From IMG/VR virus record IMGVR_UViG_3300032274_000021: a stretch of 38,172 bases of DNA. One strand, written 5' to 3'. The translations under genes and the position numbers were made by a program. The DNA comes from a virus. Positions 34,159 through 38,172 of this stretch are shown one piece after another (positions within the stretch are counted from its first letter, which is position 1; every line of letters begins with the position of its first letter). Under the pieces are notes generated by a model, which did no database searches, had not been told where the DNA came from, and worked only from the letters and a program-made list of their open reading frames with translations.

Positions 34159-34440
34159 GGGGGAGGGGTTCAGAAACCCTAACATTCCTATTGTGCCTTC
34201 TGAAGTTGCGCTGAAACCCGCAGAAATCCGCCATTTTTTTGTGATGATCGCAGGCTAATATCAACCTTACATGTCCAACACCAAAACCTTATGTCATTGA
34301 ATTTATTATGTAATAAATTTCAAAATGTTAGGTTTCAAAAAGCTAATCAGGTAAGGATCGGGTAAGGTCAAATGTTAGGCCGCAAACCCGCAGAAATCCG
34401 CCAATGTTAGGAATGTTAGGGTTTTTCAGCCCCCCCCCTA
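34159..34440. repeat. Composite structured non-coding locus containing:
- Terminal inverted repeats: a G-run plus AAACCCTAACATTCC at 34159-34188, and its complement at 34410-34438.
- A 20-bp direct repeat AAACCCGCAGAAATCCGCCA at 34214-34233 and 34384-34403.
- Five AATGTTAGG iterons.
- An AT-rich perfect palindrome AATTTATTA-TG-TAATAAATT at 34300-34319.
   Basis: All elements were read directly from the sequence. No credible ORF is present, and there is a sharp local drop in GC. Confidence 0.8.
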
Positions 34441-34509
34441 GGGCTTCCGGCATTGCGCCGGTGTGCTGAAGTGATCCATTCATTCTGCGCAATCCTACAA
34501 GGAATGCTC

Positions 34510-34545
34510 AAAAAAATGGCTGGCGCACTGTGACGTGGGCCAGCC
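34510..34545 (-). terminator. Intrinsic terminator after the integrase gene: GGCTGGC/GCCAGCC stem followed by T7 on the minus strand
   Basis: On the plus strand this reads A7 (34510-34516), then the stem arms at 34518-34524 and 34539-34545. It lies ~30 nt downstream of the int stop. Confidence 0.6.
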
Positions 34546-34575
34546 TGGTTGGTCGATGCAGGATTATGCGAAGGG

Positions 34576-36225
34576 CTATGCGGCGATCAAAAGCTTATGA
34601 CATTGACCAAATCCAACCCCCGCAACCACTGATAGCATAGATTTTTCGCCATTACTGGCAGCAGGCGCGGTGCGGTCTGGTGCTGCAAATCCCAAGAAAT
34701 TGGCCAGATCACCATGCAGCTGCAGGTCAGCGCCTTGCTTCCCATCTGCGCGCGGTGACAATTCCACGAATTCAATCAGGCGCTGCAGCAGAGGCTGCGC
34801 CTTTTCGATTGCCTGCCGGTCACCGGCTGTGATTTCAGCCAGCGCGGCGATCTGATTGCGATACTGTGCGATGATGGCCGGGTGCGCCACCAGTTCGGGA
34901 ATGTCGTCCAGATCGTCCAGTTCGGCCACCAGCTGGGCGCGTTGCTGCGCCAGCTGATCAGCGCGCGCTTTCAGCGTTTCCGGCGCGATGCCTTGCATGA
35001 TGGCATCGGCAATCCGTTCTTCCTGTTGCTGAAGCTGGGCCATGCGTGAATCAAAATCGGCGCGCGCTGCAATGCGCCGCCGCCGTTCTTCTGCCCATGC
35101 CTGCCGGAATTCTTCCAGATAGGCCGCAATCACATCTGGATGCAGCAAATGATGATCGATCGCGCGCCAGACGCGCTGCTGTAGCTTATCATCCTTGATA
35201 GTGGCGCGGTTGTTGCATGTGCCGGTCTGGCGATGGGCAGAACAGCCCCACCGATCAGTGCTTATCACCACCACTGGCCCGCCACATTCGGCGCAGCGGA
35301 TCATGCCGGAAAAGACCCGCTTTTTGCGTCGTGTCTGGTGAAGGGGCTTTCCAGAGCGCATGGCGATCTTGCCCTGCACCTGCTGCCACAATTCTGGATC
35401 GATGATCCGTAATTCCGGCACGGTATGGCGAATGGCATCATCCGCATCATTGGCCCGCGATACGCGCTTGCGCGTTTCAGGATCCTTGCGGAAGGTCTGC
35501 CGGTTATAGACGATTTCGCCAGCATACAGGGCGTTGTGCAATATGCCATTGCCCCGCTTGCGGTGCCCGCTGATGGCATTGGCGCGCCATAATCCGCCGC
35601 GCGGCGATGGGATGCCTTCCCGGTTCAAGCCCCGTGCGATGTCAGCCGGTCCGCGACCATCGGCATATTCCTGAAAGATACGGCGCACGATTGCCGCCTG
35701 ATCGGGGTCAATCTCTCGCAGCCCGCGTTCCAGTTCACCGTCGGCGCGAAATTCGCGCTTGCGACGGTATCCGTAGGACAGGCCACCGGGAATGCGCCCA
35801 GCCTTCACCCGTCCCACATGGCCGCGCCGCACCTTTTCAGCCAGCTGTTCCAGGAACAGCGCAGACATGGTGCCGCCCATGCCAATGTGAATGGTGCCAA
35901 TCTCACCTTCAGATGCGGTGATGATCTGGCCACCGGCAAAGCGCACCCGCTTGAACAAATTGGCCAAATCTTCCTGATCGCGGGACAGGCGGTCCAGACT
36001 TTCCGCCAGCAGGATTTGCGCCTTGCCGCCTTCAATCGCAGCCATTGCGGCGATCAGTCCGGGCCGATCGCGTACCGTGCCGCTGATTGCCCGGTCTGAC
36101 ATTTCATCCAGCACCCGCCAGCCATCGCGTTCCGCCCGTTCGCGCAGCAGGCGGAATTGATCTTCAACCGATGCCTGTGACTGCATCGCGGTGGAATATC
36201 GGGCATAGAGGATGGCGGTTTTCAT
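34576..36225 (-). CDS. int: Large serine recombinase (phage integrase)
   Basis: It has an N-terminal resolvase domain (AILYARYSTAMQ...LLAESLDRLSRD), a recombinase domain, a Zn ribbon (CAECGGPVVV...CSAHRQTGTCNN) and a C-terminal coiled coil (549 aa). Confidence 0.9.
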   Translation of the reverse strand: MKTAILYARYSTAMQSQASVEDQFRLLRERAERDGWRVLDEMSDRAISGTVRDRPGLIAAMAAIEGGKAQILLAESLDRLSRDQEDLANLFKRVRFAGGQIITASEGEIGTIHIGMGGTMSALFLEQLAEKVRRGHVGRVKAGRIPGGLSYGYRRKREFRADGELERGLREIDPDQAAIVRRIFQEYADGRGPADIARGLNREGIPSPRGGLWRANAISGHRKRGNGILHNALYAGEIVYNRQTFRKDPETRKRVSRANDADDAIRHTVPELRIIDPELWQQVQGKIAMRSGKPLHQTRRKKRVFSGMIRCAECGGPVVVISTDRWGCSAHRQTGTCNNRATIKDDKLQQRVWRAIDHHLLHPDVIAAYLEEFRQAWAEERRRRIAARADFDSRMAQLQQQEERIADAIMQGIAPETLKARADQLAQQRAQLVAELDDLDDIPELVAHPAIIAQYRNQIAALAEITAGDRQAIEKAQPLLQRLIEFVELSPRADGKQGADLQLHGDLANFLGFAAPDRTAPAASNGEKSMLSVVAGVGFGQCHKLLIAA

Positions 36226-36374
36226 GTGCGGGGCGAATCGGCCTTTCGATCCGCCATCATGGCGCGAACCTGCCGCCGTGCCAAATACCGCGCGAATTCG
36301 ACCGCTTCAGCCGTGGCTGGCTGGCGGTCATGATCGCGGCAGTTGATCAGGGCAAGGGCAGGGCGCGATGCCAT
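36222..36374 (-). CDS. 50-aa hypothetical protein (MASRPALALINCRDHDRQPATAEAVEFARYLARRQVRAMMADRKADSPRT), coupled to both dam and int
   Basis: This ORF is not in the supplied track. Its ATG overlaps the dam-like stop (TGATG), and its TGA overlaps the int ATG (ATGA). Confidence 0.45.
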   Translation of the reverse strand: MASRPALALINCRDHDRQPATAEAVEFARYLARRQVRAMMADRKADSPRT

Positions 36375-37225
36375 CAGGCGAACAGCTGCTGCTGTGATGG
36401 AAGGTCGAGAGCCGCACTTGCGGCCGGGTTGATCCAGAGAACTTCCGTTCTTGGGCTGTTGCGGTGCGCCCTGGCTGCGCTTTCCTCCCGTCGCCAGCCT
36501 TTCAGTGCAACATCATACAACGGGTTGGGATAGCCAGAAAGCACGATCATCGCGGTACTTGACGCAATTGCATCCAGCAGTGCGCAGTGATCGTCGTGGG
36601 TCAATTCATAGGAATAGGTGTGGTATCCATGCCCATCGTTTTTTACCTTAGAACGAGTTGATGGCAGATATGGTGGGTCAAGGTATATTAGAACATTGGG
36701 GGAATTGTAGTCTTTAATCAGGTCGAGTGCAGGTTTGTTTTGGATCGACACGCCGCGGAATCTCTCAATGATAGGCAGGATGTCAGATGGAAATTTGGCC
36801 CATTCGGAAGCTACATTTGTTGTGCCCGATACCCCGTCAATCCTGAAACCAGCCTCACGATCGATCCTCGCCCCGCCAGTTCCGTGTGCCATGTGAGAGC
36901 GAACAAGCATTCGCCTTGCACGTTCAACGGGTTCTGAAGTCGGTTGTAGGGCCAGTTTGTATTCGGCGCGCGCATAAGGGGTGAGTGCTAGAAGCCGCAG
37001 CAGTTCTTCAGATTGGTCGCTGCGCAAAATTTGGAAGAGATTGACAAGTTCACCATCCAAATCATTGTAAATTTCGTTATATGATCGCTCTTTTCGCAAG
37101 AGTACGGATGCAGCGCCACCAAAGGGTTCTACATAGATTCGATGCGCGGGAAAATGTTCGATCACCCAGGGGGCCAATCGCCATTTACCGCCTAGCCAGC
37201 GGAGAATTGGCCTAGTCGGTTTCAT
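36374..37225 (-). CDS. dam: Dam-type (D12 class) N6-adenine DNA methyltransferase
   Basis: It carries the motifs RPILRWLGGKWRL, EPFGGAASVLL, NDLDGELVNLF and YLDPPYL. Its central part is visibly lower in GC than its neighbours. Confidence 0.85.
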   Translation of the reverse strand: MKPTRPILRWLGGKWRLAPWVIEHFPAHRIYVEPFGGAASVLLRKERSYNEIYNDLDGELVNLFQILRSDQSEELLRLLALTPYARAEYKLALQPTSEPVERARRMLVRSHMAHGTGGARIDREAGFRIDGVSGTTNVASEWAKFPSDILPIIERFRGVSIQNKPALDLIKDYNSPNVLIYLDPPYLPSTRSKVKNDGHGYHTYSYELTHDDHCALLDAIASSTAMIVLSGYPNPLYDVALKGWRREESAARAHRNSPRTEVLWINPAASAALDLPSQQQLFA

Positions 37226-37956
37226 AATGCCGCCACCGCTTCGCTGATGCGTTCGACTGCGACATCAAACCATTTCGGGTCACGTTCGATGCCATAGAAC
37301 CGCTTGCCTGCCTTGATCGCGGCAACGCCGGTGCTGCCGGTTCCCATGAAGGGATCACACACGGTTTCACCGGCCACATTGCGCATGATCTTGTCCATCA
37401 CGGCGGCAGGTTTGATGGTGGGGTGCCCATATTGCCTGCGCAGCTTGCGATCACTGCTGGCGGTGATCGATCGAGCCTTGTCCGCCAGTTCACCCTGCGG
37501 GTGATAGCCACGGTCCCATGCGTGAATGTAGAATTCCCGATCTGGCCGATAATGCTTGTTCGCCATTGGCGTGGGGTTTGGCTTCGTCCAGTCCAGCAGG
37601 GCAAAGCGATGAAACTGACCGCTCACCAGCGGCAGCAGACCGGGCAGCTGATCATTGCTGCAAAAGCATATCAGCGCGCCGCACAGCAGCGGGTTGATGA
37701 TGGAATGATCAAAGCCCTTATCGATCCCGGCTTCTGTGATCTCTTCCAGCATGGTGCGGCTTTTGCGAAAGCGCCCGCCGCCGCTGGTGTTGAGGATATA
37801 GGGCGGGTCCATGCAATCGCAGTCCATCCAGCCCAGGCGGGGCCGGATGGCATAGGCATCACCCAGATAGAGCGTGGCCAGAATCGTATCGCCGTGGCGG
37901 ATTTGAGCGATGTGCTGATCTGGCCCGCTGGCCATGTCGAGGGCGGGGGCGATCAT
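37222..37956 (-). CDS. Beta-class N6/N4 DNA methyltransferase (CcrM/HinfI-like motif order)
   Basis: It has an N-terminal DPPY (CMDPPYIL), then GHPTIKP and a C-terminal DPFMGTGSTGVAA. Confidence 0.85.
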   Translation of the reverse strand: MIAPALDMASGPDQHIAQIRHGDTILATLYLGDAYAIRPRLGWMDCDCMDPPYILNTSGGGRFRKSRTMLEEITEAGIDKGFDHSIINPLLCGALICFCSNDQLPGLLPLVSGQFHRFALLDWTKPNPTPMANKHYRPDREFYIHAWDRGYHPQGELADKARSITASSDRKLRRQYGHPTIKPAAVMDKIMRNVAGETVCDPFMGTGSTGVAAIKAGKRFYGIERDPKWFDVAVERISEAVAAL

Positions 37957-38172
37957 GCTGACACTTTCTTCCGTTCGCCATAGCCCATTCCTGACAATGC
38001 CTTCGCAACCAGGTTCCAGACGTGTTCGCGTAGACGCGGGTGACTAAGCACCTTCCCCTCGCGCTGTACCAATGGCCCCATCGTTAGCATGGCGCGGTCA
38101 AGTGCTTCTTTTGACCGCCCGCGCAAGGTGCGTGTACGGTAATTGCCATGCTGTGTGGTGCCACCGATGTTA
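37953..38172 (-). CDS. C-terminal part (plus the duplicated overlap) of the junction-spanning 97-aa hypothetical protein (...SHPRLREHVWNLVAKALSGMGYGERKKVSA)
   Basis: This is the same gene as feature 1-201. The TGA at 37955-37953 overlaps the methyltransferase ATG (ATGA). Confidence 0.7.
   Translation of the reverse strand, partial: NIGGTTQHGNYRTRTLRGRSKEALDRAMLTMGPLVQREGKVLSHPRLREHVWNLVAKALSGMGYGERKKVSA
38046..38172. repeat. Terminal overlap copy 2 (identical to 1-127)
   Basis: Established by direct comparison. Confidence 0.95.

Noticed and set aside
34324-34420. AATGTTAGG repeats as a possible CRISPR array
   Set aside because: The repeats are only 9 bp long, their spacing is irregular (47, 32 and 9 bp), one copy is inverted, and there are no cas genes. 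They look like iterons or binding sites, not CRISPR.
36374-37956. The methyltransferases as part of a complete restriction-modification system
   Set aside because: No endonuclease-like ORF (PD-(D/E)xK, HNH or GIY-YIG motifs) was seen adjacent or elsewhere. Every neighbouring frame is accounted for, so they are treated as orphan methyltransferases.
38046-38172. The terminal direct repeat as a biological DTR, LTR or att duplication
   Set aside because: It is exact, lies inside a coding sequence that reads through the junction, and has a length typical of an assembler k-mer overlap. A circular-assembly artefact is the simpler explanation.

Overview
The window is a complete, circularly assembled temperate P2-like (Peduoviridae-type) myophage or prophage genome. 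Bases 1-127 are identical to 38046-38172, so the unit length is 38045 bp, and the linearisation point falls inside a gene. The DNA is visibly GC-rich. A GapR/DUF2312 homologue and a CcrM-like beta-class methyltransferase suggest an alphaproteobacterial host (inference).

Layout:
- Early operon, minus strand (8311 down through 1/38045 to 34576). It is almost entirely translationally coupled through ATGA/TGATG overlaps. In order it encodes cro-like, CII-like, Ogr, a P4-alpha-like primase/helicase, GapR-like, an HD hydrolase, several small proteins, three DNA methyltransferase-type genes, a 50-aa ORF and a large serine recombinase, and it ends at an intrinsic terminator.
- Lysogeny region, divergent from the early operon: an S24-type cI with two ACAAC-N4-GTTGT operators, followed by a moron island (Ltp-like lipoprotein plus a RelE/XRE toxin-antitoxin pair).
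- P2-type tail genes in two operons: V W FI FII E/E' T U D, and J I H G.
- Plus-strand late operon: a lysis cassette (holin, M15 endolysin, overlapped spanins) followed by four fibre-like accessory genes.
- P2-type head genes: O N M L X R S, divergent from P Q.
- A Bro-N antirepressor operon and a highly structured ~280-bp non-coding locus.

A 21-bp palindrome (TTGTGATGnnGnGCACCACAA) sits at the head of all late operons. No rRNA, tRNA, CRISPR array or IS transposase was seen.

The points most worth follow-up are:
- the structured iteron/inverted-repeat locus next to the serine integrase
- the fibre-like module inside the lysis operon
- the shared palindromic late-promoter sites
- the orphan methyltransferase array
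- the Ltp + toxin-antitoxin island
- the antirepressor operon with a decayed ribbon-helix-helix gene

I cannot show from sequence alone that any of these is a genuinely new system. All functional calls rest on recognised motifs, not on database searches.
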